A DNA stretch of 64,000 nt, from positions 26,958-90,957 of the forward strand of contig DIAQ01000033.1 in the NCBI GenBank assembly GCA_002414865.1, written 5' to 3'. The notes beneath the pieces are model-generated. The model was not told the origin of the DNA. It saw only the letters and a program-made list of their open reading frames with translations, and did no database searches. Position 1 is the first letter of the stretch. Each line of letters begins with the position of its first letter. The translations under genes and the position numbers were made by a program. Origin of the DNA: a candidate division Hyd24-12 bacterium UBA5074 (lineage in GTDB: Bacteria; Fermentibacterota; Fermentibacteria; Fermentibacterales; Fermentibacteraceae). Of this stretch, positions 37,412 to 48,818 are shown one piece after another.

Positions 37412-38016
37412 GCAGGTGGAAGGATCTCACCAACGGGTTCTACACCGAGAACCCGATCTTCAGGATCACACTCGGGATGTGTCCCTTCCTCGCCCTCAGC
37501 ACCTCGGTGCAGAACGCGGTCGGGATGGGCTCTGCAGCCACTTTCGTGCTCATCTGGTCGAACGTGGCGATCTCCGCGCTCCGCAACTTCATACCGGACA
37601 AGATCCGGATTCCGTGCTACATCGTCTTCATCGCAACCTTCGTGAGCCTGGTCGACATGGTCATGGCCGCGTTCATGCCACCTCTCCACAAGGCACTCGG
37701 CATCTACATCCCGCTCATCGTGGTCAACTGCATCATCCTGGGCCGCGCCGAGGCCTTCGCGAACAAGAACACGGTCATGAGCTCGTTCCTCGACGGCATC
37801 GGGATGGGAGTGGGCTTCACCCTCGCCATGCTCCTGATGGCCTCGATCAGGGAGATCCTCGGCAACGGCACATGGTACGGCATCAACATCCTGGGCCATG
37901 CCTACACCAGCCAGCCTGTGCTGCTCGCCATCCTCCCGCCGGGAGCCTTCATACTGATGGGCTTCGTGCTCGGCGTCTTCGCCATCATCGACCGCAGGAA
38001 GGAGCGTGCAGCGTGA
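37408..38016 (+). CDS. rnfE: Rnf complex subunit E
   Basis: NPIFRITLGMCPFLA is an RnfE/NqrD signature. Confidence 0.88.
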   Translation: MSRWKDLTNGFYTENPIFRITLGMCPFLALSTSVQNAVGMGSAATFVLIWSNVAISALRNFIPDKIRIPCYIVFIATFVSLVDMVMAAFMPPLHKALGIYIPLIVVNCIILGRAEAFANKNTVMSSFLDGIGMGVGFTLAMLLMASIREILGNGTWYGINILGHAYTSQPVLLAILPPGAFILMGFVLGVFAIIDRRKERAA

Positions 38017-38651
38017 GCCCGGCTCTACTGCTCTCGGCGGCCGTCTCTTCCACCGGTGCGGGAGACGGGGGCTTCGCCCAGATCATGGGTCTCGTGATAG
38101 GCGGCATCCTGATCAACAACTACGTCCTGTCGCGATTCCTCGGCATCTGCCCGTTCCTCGGGGTCTCGAAGCAGCTCGACTCGGCCATCGGCATGGGCGC
38201 CGCCGTGGTTTTCGTCATGGCGATGACCGGTGCGGCGTGCTGGGCTCTCTGGGAGCTGGTCCTGATCCCGATGCACCTCGAGTACCTTAGCACGATCGTC
38301 TTCATCCTCATCATCGCCGCCCTGGTCCAGCTCGTGGAGATGATCCTGCTGAAATACAGCCCCGCCCTCTACAAGGCCCTCGGGATCTATCTCCCGCTCA
38401 TCACGACGAACTGCGCCGTCCTCGGCGTCGCAGTTCTCAACAAGGACGCCGGCTACAACCTGGCGATGAGCGTCATCAATGCAGTGTCGGGCGCCCTCGG
38501 GTTCGGCCTGGCTCTCATCCTGATGGCCGGCTTGAGGATGAGGATGGAGTACTCGGACATCCCCCTGGCCCTAAGAGGAAAACCCATCACCTTCATCCTC
38601 GCGGGCCTCATGTCCATAGCCTTCCTCGGCTTCGCCGGGCTGGGGGTGTAG
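38013..38651 (+). CDS. rnfA: Rnf complex subunit A
   Basis: GTG overlaps the rnfE stop. NNYVLSRFLGICPFLGVS is an RnfA/NqrE signature. Confidence 0.88.
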   Translation: MSPALLLSAAVSSTGAGDGGFAQIMGLVIGGILINNYVLSRFLGICPFLGVSKQLDSAIGMGAAVVFVMAMTGAACWALWELVLIPMHLEYLSTIVFILIIAALVQLVEMILLKYSPALYKALGIYLPLITTNCAVLGVAVLNKDAGYNLAMSVINAVSGALGFGLALILMAGLRMRMEYSDIPLALRGKPITFILAGLMSIAFLGFAGLGV

Positions 38652-38652
38652 G

Positions 38653-39708
38653 ATGCACTCCCTAATCATCCAGGCGATGATCTCCTCGCTCCAGGCTCCC
38701 GCTCTCGGCGAAGCGGTCGCCATCCCGGCCGCGCTGCTGGGAGCCACCGGCCTGCTGCTCGGCGTCGGGCTCGCCGTCGCCGCCCGGAAGCTGGCCGTGG
38801 AGAAGGACCCGCTCGTCGCAGAGCTCGAAGCGCTGCTCCCGGGGGCCAACTGCGGAGGCTGCGGATTCCCTGGCTGCAGCGGCTTCGCCAGGGCGCTGGC
38901 CGAGAAGAGGGCCGAGCCCTCCTGCTGCGTTGCGGCCAATGCGGCGACGCTCTCCTCCCTGGCCAGGGCGATGGGTGTCGAGCTGTCCGAGCAGGTGCGC
39001 AAAGTCGCGCTCGTCCAGTGCAACGGCGGCCGTTCCGCCGTCGATGCCTTCGCCTACGACGGTCCCCGCTCCTGCACCTCGGCCATGCTCGTCATGGGAG
39101 GGTCGAAGGCCTGCAGGTTCGGGTGCCTCGGCATGGGTGACTGCGTGTCCTCCTGCCCGTTCGGTGCGCTCTCGATGGGCGAGAAGGGGATTCCCTCCGT
39201 GAACCGCGAGAAGTGCACCGGATGCGGAAAGTGCGTCTCGACCTGTCCCAAGAAGCTCATCGTCCTGTGGCCCGGGAACCGGGAGGTGGCCGTAGCCTGC
39301 AGCAACAGGGAGCGCGGACCCGTCGCCCGGAAGGGATGCGGCGTCGCCTGCATCGCCTGCGGGAAATGCGAGAAGGAATGCCCGGTCCAGGCGATCGCGA
39401 TCACCGACTTCCTGTCCCGCATCGATGCCGCGAAATGCATCAACTGCGGGATATGCGCCACGGTGTGCCCCACGGGCGCGATCATCGACAGGGCGCCGGC
39501 CCGCCCCAGGGCTTATATCGACACGAGCTGCATCGGCTGCACGATATGCGCCAAGGTGTGCCCCACCAAGGCAATAACCGGCGAGTTGAAGCAGAAGCAC
39601 GAGGTCGATGCCGCGAAGTGCGTGGGCTGTGGCCAGTGCGTTCCCAAGTGCCCCAAGAAGGCGATCAGGCTGATGGGTTCGCTGGCCTACTCCAAGGAGG
39701 TCCGCTAG
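38653..39708 (+). CDS. rnfB: Rnf complex subunit B (polyferredoxin, extended form)
   Basis: N-terminal anchor plus the GANCGGCGFPGCSGFA motif. Multiple 4Fe-4S ferredoxin repeats. Confidence 0.88.
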   Translation: MHSLIIQAMISSLQAPALGEAVAIPAALLGATGLLLGVGLAVAARKLAVEKDPLVAELEALLPGANCGGCGFPGCSGFARALAEKRAEPSCCVAANAATLSSLARAMGVELSEQVRKVALVQCNGGRSAVDAFAYDGPRSCTSAMLVMGGSKACRFGCLGMGDCVSSCPFGALSMGEKGIPSVNREKCTGCGKCVSTCPKKLIVLWPGNREVAVACSNRERGPVARKGCGVACIACGKCEKECPVQAIAITDFLSRIDAAKCINCGICATVCPTGAIIDRAPARPRAYIDTSCIGCTICAKVCPTKAITGELKQKHEVDAAKCVGCGQCVPKCPKKAIRLMGSLAYSKEVR

Positions 39709-39710
39709 CC

Positions 39711-41080
<1,370 letters not shown>

Positions 41081-41090
<10 letters not shown>

Positions 41091-42958
41091 TAGCAGGCAC
41101 CGCCGGCCACATCGACCACGGCAAGAGCTCTCTCGTCAGGTGGCTCACCGGGCGCGATCCCGACCGCCTGAAGGAGGAGAAGCTCCGGGGCATCACCATC
41201 GAGCTCGGATACGTCTTCATGCCCCTGCCGGACGGAGGCGTGCTCGCGTTCATAGACGTTCCCGGACACGAGAAGTTCGTCCGCCAGATGGTAGCAGGCG
41301 TCGCCACCGTGGATTTCTTCCTCCTGGTCGTGGCAGCCGACGAAGGGGTCATGCCCCAGACCCGCGAGCATTTCGATATCCTGAGGCTTCTGGGGGTCAG
41401 GGACGGAATGGTGGCTCTGACGAAATGCGACATGGTGGACCGGGAAGTCCAGGACATGGCGGAGGAGGAGGTCTCGGACCTGTTCGCCGGGGCCGGCCAT
41501 GCCTCGATCCCCGTCCACAGGGTCTCCTCCGTCACCGGGGAAGGCATGGAGGATCTGCGCGCGGCGTTGATCGCCAGGGCCGCCAGCATCAGGAGGAGGG
41601 ACGCCAGCGACCGCTTCAGGCTGGCCATCGACAGGGTCTTCACCCTCCAGGGCCACGGCACTGTCGTCGCCGGTACGGTTCTGTCCGGTTCGGTGCACAG
41701 CGGTGAGACCGTGGAGCTCCTGCCCGCCGGGAAACCTTACCGGGTCAGGGAGATACGAGTAAACGAGGGAAGGACCCAGGGGGCCGGCACGGCAGGGGAC
41801 AGGGTCGCCCTCAATCTGGTCGGTCTCGAGAAGGAGGACGCCTGGAGGGGGAGCTGCCTCGCAGTGCCGGGATGGCTCCAGGCCCGGAGCGGCTTCGACG
41901 CCGAGTGCACCATGCTTCCGGACGCCATGCTCGAACACAGGCAGAGGGTGCGTTTCCACACAGGGACCGCCGAGGTCATGGCCTGGGCCATACCGATCTC
42001 TACCGAGGGGCTCGCCCCGGGCATGACGGGCTTCGTCCATTTCGAGCTCGAGGAGCCCGTCGTCGCCGTTCCCGGCGACAGGTTCGTCATCAGGAGGTAT
42101 TCCCCGGTGTCCACCATCGGGGGAGGGCTGATACTGGAGGCCGGCACCGCCCGCATCAGGGCGAAGGCCAGGGACGAGCGCCTCAGGCGGGTTGAAATGC
42201 TCTCCGGGGGCGACATCCGGGGCATTCTCCTGGCCAAGCTCGCATCGAAGCGCTGGGAGGGATTCGCCCTGGCCGAGGCCTCCCGGGAGCTGGGCAGGGG
42301 AGCGGAGGAGATCGCGTCCGCGATGTCCTCCCTGGCAGCGGACGGGGAAGCGCTCATCCTCAGGGACGGCTCCGCGGAGAGAGCCGTGGCTGCATCGACA
42401 GCTTCCGAAGCCATGGCAAGGCTGACCGCAGCACTTTCGGACTATCACGCCGAGAGACCGCTCAGCGCAGGTCTTCTCTCCTCGCAGGTCGCTCGTCTCC
42501 TGCCCGAGGCGCCCCAGTGGTTCCTGAGGGGGATTCTCGGGAGGATGGCCGAGTCCTCGACCATCCGCAGATCCGGCGACAGGATCGCCCTCGGCTCCTT
42601 CCCCGCGGAGATCCCGGACCCTCTTCCCGCAAGCGTCCGCTCCCTTCTCGAAGCGGTCGGAGGCGCCGGCTTCCAGGGCTGGGAGCCGCCTCAGGGGACC
42701 GGCTCTGCGCTCGTCGAGTCCCTCCTCGAGCGGGGGCTGCTTCTCGAGCTCGAGAAGGGGCTGCTCACCTCTCCATCCGTCGCGAAGGATGCGGAGGCCT
42801 CTCTGAGATCCACATTCGGCACGGCCGGGTTCCGCCTCGGGGAACTGCGCCAGGCCCTCGGCGTTCCACGGAAAGCTGCCGTGCTCTGGGCCGAGCTGCT
42901 CGACCGGCTGGGCCTCACAGGCCGGAAGGGGGACCTCCGCTTCCTGACGGCCGGCTAG
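41081..42958 (+). CDS. selB: Selenocysteine-specific translation elongation factor SelB
   Basis: GTAGHIDHGKSSLVRWLTG G1 motif, EKLRGITIELGY, and an extended winged-helix C-terminal region of 625 aa. Overlaps selA by 10 nt. Confidence 0.88.
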
Positions 42959-43035
42959 GGTGCGGCTTTACAGCCCGTCGGCGCTTGTCTATTCTCGCAG
43001 CTGTCTCACAACTACGCTCAGACCCTGGAGGAAAG

Positions 43036-44337
43036 ATGCGGATCGCAGTAGTGGGTAGCGGCTATGTAGGACTCGTGGCCGCCACGTGCCTCGCTGAGAT
43101 GGGCAACGATGTCATCTCGGTGGACAAGGACGAGCGCAAGATCTCCGATCTGGGACGGGGGATAATCCCCATCTTCGAGCCGGGCCTCGACGAGATGGTC
43201 CATCGGAACACGGCCGAGGGCAGGCTGACCTTCAGCACGGACGTGGCCGACTCTGTCAGGAAGAGCGACATCATCTTCATCGCCGTGGGCACGCCTCCCG
43301 ACGAGGACGGCTCGGCCGACCTGAAGCACGTGCTCTCGGTGGCCCGGGAGATAGGCCACAACATGGACGGTCCCAGGATCGTCGTGAACAAGAGCACTGT
43401 CCCCGTCGGCACCGCTGACCTGGTGAAGGCCGAGATACAGGCCATCACCTCCCATCCCGTCAACGTCGTCAGCAACCCCGAGTTCCTCAAGGAAGGCACC
43501 GCCATAGATGACTTCATGAAGCCCGACAGGGTGGTCATCGGCACTGACGATCCCGCGACCGCGGAGGCCATGAAGGAGCTCTATTCCCCGTTCGTGCGTA
43601 CCAACAACCCCATACTCGTGATGAGCAACCGAAGCGCCGAGATGACGAAGTACGTGGCCAACAGCCTCCTCGCGGCGCGCATCTCCTTCATGAACGAGAT
43701 AGCCAACCTGTGCGACATCATCGATGCCGACGTCAACGAAGTCAGGATAGGCGTCGGATCCGACCGGAGGATAGGCCCGAGCTTCCTCTTCCCCGGAGTC
43801 GGGTTCGGGGGCTCCTGCTTCCCCAAGGATGTCCGCGCTCTCATGGCCACCGCCAGGGAGAACGGCTACCGCCTCCGCTCGCTCGAAGCGGCGCACGAAG
43901 TGAACGAGGAACAGAAGCGCGTATTCGTCCACAAGGCCGTGAAGCACTTCGGCACGAACATGGACGGACTCAGGTTCGGCATCTGGGGTCTGTCGTTCAA
44001 GCCCAACACCGACGACATCCGCGAATCCCCCGCCCTCGTGATAATCGACGAGCTCCTGGAACGGGGAGCCGCCGTCTCCGTTTTCGACCCGCAGGCCATG
44101 CGCAACACGACCGATCGGTACGGCGACAGGCTCACTTTCTGCCGCACGGCCTACGACGCCACCTCGGGGGTCGACGCCCTGTTCCTCCTGACGGAGTGGA
44201 TGGAGTTCCGCGAGCCCGATTTCGCCAGGATCAGGACCCTGATGAGGGGATCGGTCGTGTTCGACGGCAGGAACGTCTGGAATCCCGAGAAGATCAAGAA
44301 GCTGGGCTTCACGTATTACGGAGTCGGACGGAGATAG
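43036..44337 (+). CDS. ugd: UDP-glucose 6-dehydrogenase
   Basis: MRIAVVGSGYVGLV Rossmann N-terminus. UDPG/GDP-mannose dehydrogenase family. Confidence 0.88.
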   Translation: MRIAVVGSGYVGLVAATCLAEMGNDVISVDKDERKISDLGRGIIPIFEPGLDEMVHRNTAEGRLTFSTDVADSVRKSDIIFIAVGTPPDEDGSADLKHVLSVAREIGHNMDGPRIVVNKSTVPVGTADLVKAEIQAITSHPVNVVSNPEFLKEGTAIDDFMKPDRVVIGTDDPATAEAMKELYSPFVRTNNPILVMSNRSAEMTKYVANSLLAARISFMNEIANLCDIIDADVNEVRIGVGSDRRIGPSFLFPGVGFGGSCFPKDVRALMATARENGYRLRSLEAAHEVNEEQKRVFVHKAVKHFGTNMDGLRFGIWGLSFKPNTDDIRESPALVIIDELLERGAAVSVFDPQAMRNTTDRYGDRLTFCRTAYDATSGVDALFLLTEWMEFREPDFARIRTLMRGSVVFDGRNVWNPEKIKKLGFTYYGVGRR

Positions 44338-44762
44338 TGAGAGCGACCTTCTGCGCGCTCCTGCTCGCAGGCATCTGCACCGCGTCGGGGCTGGAGGGCT
44401 ACGTGGTGCCCGGGCTCGAGACCGGCGAAGTGCTCATGAGCGTGCATGTCTGGGGCTGCGTCAACGTCCCGGGCACCCAGCTCCTGCCCGCCGGATCCGA
44501 CCTCGTGGCGGCCCTTTCCGCGGCGGGCGGCCCCTCGGCGGACGCCGACCTGACGGAGGTCAGGATGGTCTTCGATTCCACCGAGTCGATCTATGACCTC
44601 GAGAGCTTCCTGATGGGTGAAGGACCCCCGGTTCCCTCCCTCGTGCCTGGCGTGACGGTGTACGTTCCGAGGTCGACCTCGGACTGGTGGAAGGAAGCTC
44701 TCGACGTCGCATACAAGCTGCTCGTGACAGCCAACCTCGTCTGGATAATGCTGGACAGATGA
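44337..44762 (+). CDS. Short polysaccharide export protein (Wza/SLBB-like periplasmic protein)
   Basis: GTG start overlaps the ugd stop. Signal-peptide-like N-terminus. Adjacent to the BY-kinase gene. Confidence 0.5.
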   Translation: MRATFCALLLAGICTASGLEGYVVPGLETGEVLMSVHVWGCVNVPGTQLLPAGSDLVAALSAAGGPSADADLTEVRMVFDSTESIYDLESFLMGEGPPVPSLVPGVTVYVPRSTSDWWKEALDVAYKLLVTANLVWIMLDR

Positions 44763-47002
44763 CAGGAGCAACCGAGGAGAGAGATTCCATAAATCTGGCG
44801 GAGTACGTGTGGCTCATCCGCCAGGGCAAGTGGATAATCCTGGCCTTCGTCGTGATCGCGATGGCGGTGAGCATCTACGTGACCATGCGAACCGCTCCGG
44901 TCTACCAGTCCAGCACTACCTTCATCTACGACTTCACGAACACCATGTCCCAGACCCTCGACTTCCAGGGCGTGTTCTGGTTCGAGGTGGAGCCCCAGAA
45001 GAACAACCAGATCCAGATCATCCGCAGCAGGAGCATGGCCGAGGCCGTCGCCGACTCGGTGCTGCGCTCCCCCGACTCGGACAGCCTCGTCGCACTTCTC
45101 TTCGACGGCATGGTCCCCGAGGGCCCCGCCCTCAGGTCCGCGCTCGTCTCTCTCAGCGCGGGGAACATCTCCGTAAGCGTGATGAAGGACACGGACTTCT
45201 TCATCCTCTCCGCCACCGGCAGCTCTCCCTCGGCCTCGGCGGCACTTGCCAACCTGGTGGCGCATACCTACTACAGGAGAAACCTCGAGGACGTCCGCGG
45301 CGAGAACCGGGAGATCAGGGAATTCCTCGCGAGCCAGCTCACCGAGATGGAGCAGAAGCTCCTCGGCGACGAAGCCTCCCTGAGGGATTACAAGGAGCAG
45401 CACGGACTCGTCGATCTCGACACCGAGACCAGGGAGCTCGTGACCAACCTCTCGACGCTCGAGACCCAGTCGGCCCTCGCTGCAACGGAACTCGGAGCCC
45501 TTGAAGCCACCCGCAACTACCTCTATTCGAGGAGCGAGGGCTTCAGGAGCAGTCTGCCGGAGGACCTCGAGTCCCTGAACAGCGCCCTCGTATCCTCACT
45601 CCAGTCCGACCTGGCCCTCCTGGAGGGCTCCAGAGCGTCTCTGCTCGCCAGGGGAGCCGACGAGGGCGATCCAGCGGTCGCAGACATCGATGCCGAGATA
45701 TCCTCCAGGCGCTCCTCCCTGGCGGATGCCCTCGCCGACCTCGCGGGCAGCGACTTCCCGGCCGATCCCTCGGGTGCCGTTCAGGGTGTCATGTCCGACC
45801 TTCTCAGGACCGAGGCCGATATCAGGGGCGAGAGGACCAGGAAGTCGGTTCTCGACGGTCTGGTGGCCGACATGGACTCGAGGCTGCTGGAACTGCCCGA
45901 GGCCGAGATGAGCCTGGCCCGCCTCGAGAGGAACAGGACCGTCAGCGAGAACGTCTATCTCCTCATGAGGACCAAATACGAGGAGATCCGTATCGCCGAA
46001 GCCGGCCAGATCGGCAACGTGACCATAATCGACACGGCTCTGCCCGGAGGGCTCATCAAGCCCTCCAAACAGCGCAATCTGATGATGGGCCTTCTGATCG
46101 GCCTGGCCCTCGGCGTCGGCACGGTATTCCTCCGGGAGAAGCTGGACACGAGCCTCTCGAGTCCGGAGCATGTGGAGGCTCTCGGGATCTCTATCCTCGG
46201 CGTGGTCCCCCGCATCAGGCGGCCATCGGCGGCGCCCTTCTCGGCGGGAACCGGCATGTCGACGAGCCTCGTCACCTACTTCGCCCCGCGCGACCCGGTG
46301 AGCGAGGCCTACCGCGACCTGAGAACCAGCCTGAAGTTCAGCAGGACCGACCTGCAGATCCGCACGATCCTCGTCACCAGCGCGGGACCCCGCGAGGGCA
46401 AGTCCACCACATCGGCCAACCTGGCGATAGCCTTCGCCCAGTCGGGGCAGAAGTGCCTGCTGGTCGATGCCGATCTCCGGCGCCCGGTGGCGCACAACCT
46501 CTTCAACGTGCCCAGGGAGCCCGGCCTGTCTGAAGCCGTGGCAGGCATGGCCCCGCTCGAGAAGTGCATCAGGGAGACCGGGGTCGACAACCTCAGCGTC
46601 CTGCCCTGCGGGTTCATCCCGCACAACCCGTCCGAGCTCCTGGGCAGCGCGAAGCTGCGCGAGCTCATGGGTGTCCTCAAGGCGGGATGGGACATGGTCA
46701 TCTTCGACAGCCCGCCTGTCGCGGTCGTGACCGACGCACTCCTGCTGAGCCCCGAGTTCGACGGAACGCTGATCGTCGTGGGGGCGAAGCTCGGCAACAA
46801 GAGGGTCGTCCAGACCGCTCTCTCCAAGCTCGCGCGGGCCTCCGCCCATGTCGTGGGCGCCGTGCTGAACGGTTTCGATCCCCTCAGGATGTACACCAGT
46901 TACGGCTACTACACCTACAGGTACTACTACTACTACTCGGACGGAAGGCGTAAGAAGCCGGAGTCCGGGAAGTCACGCAAGGCCAGCAGAGAAACCCCCT
47001 AG
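44759..47002 (+). CDS. wzc: Polysaccharide co-polymerase / BY-kinase (Wzc-like tyrosine autokinase)
   Basis: ATGA overlap with the upstream gene. Wzz-like N-terminal domain with TM helix. Walker A LVTSAGPREGKSTTSANLAIAFA. C-terminal Tyr cluster YTSYGYYTYRYYYYYSD. Confidence 0.85.
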   Translation: MTGATEERDSINLAEYVWLIRQGKWIILAFVVIAMAVSIYVTMRTAPVYQSSTTFIYDFTNTMSQTLDFQGVFWFEVEPQKNNQIQIIRSRSMAEAVADSVLRSPDSDSLVALLFDGMVPEGPALRSALVSLSAGNISVSVMKDTDFFILSATGSSPSASAALANLVAHTYYRRNLEDVRGENREIREFLASQLTEMEQKLLGDEASLRDYKEQHGLVDLDTETRELVTNLSTLETQSALAATELGALEATRNYLYSRSEGFRSSLPEDLESLNSALVSSLQSDLALLEGSRASLLARGADEGDPAVADIDAEISSRRSSLADALADLAGSDFPADPSGAVQGVMSDLLRTEADIRGERTRKSVLDGLVADMDSRLLELPEAEMSLARLERNRTVSENVYLLMRTKYEEIRIAEAGQIGNVTIIDTALPGGLIKPSKQRNLMMGLLIGLALGVGTVFLREKLDTSLSSPEHVEALGISILGVVPRIRRPSAAPFSAGTGMSTSLVTYFAPRDPVSEAYRDLRTSLKFSRTDLQIRTILVTSAGPREGKSTTSANLAIAFAQSGQKCLLVDADLRRPVAHNLFNVPREPGLSEAVAGMAPLEKCIRETGVDNLSVLPCGFIPHNPSELLGSAKLRELMGVLKAGWDMVIFDSPPVAVVTDALLLSPEFDGTLIVVGAKLGNKRVVQTALSKLARASAHVVGAVLNGFDPLRMYTSYGYYTYRYYYYYSDGRRKKPESGKSRKASRETP

Positions 47003-47035
47003 CACATCCATCCCCGGCTCCCTCCACACGGAGCG

Positions 47036-47055
47036 CTCCCCCTGCAAGGGGGGGT
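47036..47055 (+). terminator. GC hairpin after wzc stop (CCCCC-TGCAA-GGGGG)
   Basis: Perfect 5-6 bp G/C stem directly after the stop. No U-tract. Confidence 0.3.
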
Positions 47056-47113
47056 GACCGCGACCGCACCTCGCGACCTCATCCTTCTGTGGGTGAAATT
47101 CCCATGAAATGGG

Positions 47114-47141
47114 TTGACAGTGGTAGGAAGTGGGGTAGAAT
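47114..47141 (+). promoter_or_regulatory. Sigma70-like promoter of the dcw cluster (TTGACA-16 nt-TAGAAT) upstream of mraZ
   Basis: TTGACA at 47114-47119 and TAGAAT at 47136-47141. Confidence 0.5.
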
Positions 47142-47160
47142 ATCCCTCACAGGGGGGAAC

Positions 47161-47598
47161 ATGGGCGAGTTCACTGGCACTCATCAGCACACGCTCGACG
47201 AAAAGGGCCGGGTGAGTGTGCCCGCCCAGTTCCGGAGGCAGCTCACCGGCGAGGACCTCTACCTGAACCTCGGGATGGACGGCTGTCTCGAGCTGTATAC
47301 GCCCGAGAAATGGTCCTCCCTCCGCGACTCCCTAGGAAAAGTCTCCCGCAACCAGGAGCGCAACAGGTTCTTCGTGCGGAGGTTCGCAAGCTTCGTGCGA
47401 CCCGTCAGCGTCGATGCGCAGGGGCGGATCTCCATCCCTGCCGATCTGCAGAGCCTCGCGGGGATGAAGAGCGAGGTCGTGTTCCTGGGCCAGCTGGACA
47501 AGATCGAGATCTGGTCGCCCGACCGGCTGGCAGCGTTCATGAAACGCGAGGACATCTCGTTCGAAGAGGTGGCTGAAGGGCTCGAGATAGATCTCTGA
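47161..47598 (+). CDS. mraZ: Transcriptional regulator MraZ
   Basis: MGEFTGTHQHTLDEKGRVSVPAQFR. Duplicated MraZ fold. Confidence 0.88.
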   Translation: MGEFTGTHQHTLDEKGRVSVPAQFRRQLTGEDLYLNLGMDGCLELYTPEKWSSLRDSLGKVSRNQERNRFFVRRFASFVRPVSVDAQGRISIPADLQSLAGMKSEVVFLGQLDKIEIWSPDRLAAFMKREDISFEEVAEGLEIDL

Positions 47599-47628
47599 CG
47601 CCGGGCTCCACCCGGGGGTCGGATTGGT

Positions 47629-48522
47629 ATGGCTCTGCAGGAAAGCGTCCGCGAGGTATCCCGCAGCGTCCCGGTCGCCCGTCACGAGCCCGTGATGGTC
47701 GGGGAGATCGTCGATTTCCTCCGCCCGGCCGCGCAGGCGCTCGTCGTGGACGGTACGGCCGGGGGTGGAGGGCACCTGGCTGCGCTCATGGCTGCCTTCC
47801 CCGGAGCCCGTTTCCTCGCGGTCGACCTCGATCCCGAAGCCGTCCGCAGAGTGGGGGAGACCCTTGATGACGAGAGGCTCGAGATCATCGCATCGGGATT
47901 CGACTGCATCCCCGAGCTGCTCGCATCGCACGGTCTCGGGGGAGCCGCCGCCGCCCTGTTCGATCTCGGGCTCTCCTCGATCCAGCTCGACGACGCGGAA
48001 AGGGGTTTCGCCCATTCCCTCGACGGGCCTCTGGACATGAGGTTCGACCGCGGCACCGGCGTGCCCGCATCCGAGCTGCTCGAGGGCATGTCTGAGACGG
48101 AGATCGCCGACCTCGTCTACACCTTCGGACAGGAAGGCAGGAGCCGCTCGATCGCTCGCGAGATAGTCAGGGCGCGTCCCGTGGAGACCACGGGCGACCT
48201 CGCCCGCGCGGTGTGCCGGGCTGTGAGGGGCCGTCCGGTCAAGCCCCTGTCCAGGGTCTTCCAGGCCCTCAGGATGGCGGTCAACGACGAGCCGGGAAGG
48301 CTTGCGAGGCTCCTTTCGGGGCTTCCAGGATGGACCCTGCCCGGAGCCAGGGTGGCGTTTCTCACATTCCATTCGCTCGAGGACAGGGCGGTGAAGCGCT
48401 TCTTCATCGACGATCCTGCCTTCACGCCCTGGGATCCCCCGTGGATGGCCCCCTCCAGGGAGGAGATACGGAGGAACCCCAGGTCCCGGTCCGCCAAGCT
48501 GCGCATGGGGGTCAGGTCGTGA
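47629..48522 (+). CDS. rsmH: 16S rRNA (cytosine1402-N4)-methyltransferase
   Basis: VDGTAGGGGH SAM motif. MraW family. Confidence 0.88.
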   Translation: MALQESVREVSRSVPVARHEPVMVGEIVDFLRPAAQALVVDGTAGGGGHLAALMAAFPGARFLAVDLDPEAVRRVGETLDDERLEIIASGFDCIPELLASHGLGGAAAALFDLGLSSIQLDDAERGFAHSLDGPLDMRFDRGTGVPASELLEGMSETEIADLVYTFGQEGRSRSIAREIVRARPVETTGDLARAVCRAVRGRPVKPLSRVFQALRMAVNDEPGRLARLLSGLPGWTLPGARVAFLTFHSLEDRAVKRFFIDDPAFTPWDPPWMAPSREEIRRNPRSRSAKLRMGVRS

Positions 48523-48818
48523 GCCGCATGCGGCAGGCCCTGCTGGTCGCGGCAGTGCTGCTCGTCGCGCTGGCCATGGGCGAGGTGGTCCTGTACAACT
48601 TCCGGCTCTCGCTCGCCCTGCGCATGGAGGACCTCGAGACCGAGCGCACCGCTCTGATCAGGGAGAGGGAGGAGCTGGAGAACCTGAAGGCCGCGCTCCT
48701 GGCGCCGTACAGGCTGGAGGAGGCCGGAAGGGCGCTGGGGCTGGAGCCCCTTCCGCTGTCGCAGCTGGCGCTCGTCCCCGGGGAGGTGGGAGAGGATGCC
48801 ATTGCTTCTCTCAGATGA
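48519..48818 (+). CDS. ftsL: Cell division protein FtsL
   Basis: Small bitopic protein with a TM helix and a leucine-zipper-like coiled coil. Sits in the conserved dcw position. Confidence 0.6.
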   Translation: MSRMRQALLVAAVLLVALAMGEVVLYNFRLSLALRMEDLETERTALIREREELENLKAALLAPYRLEEAGRALGLEPLPLSQLALVPGEVGEDAIASLR

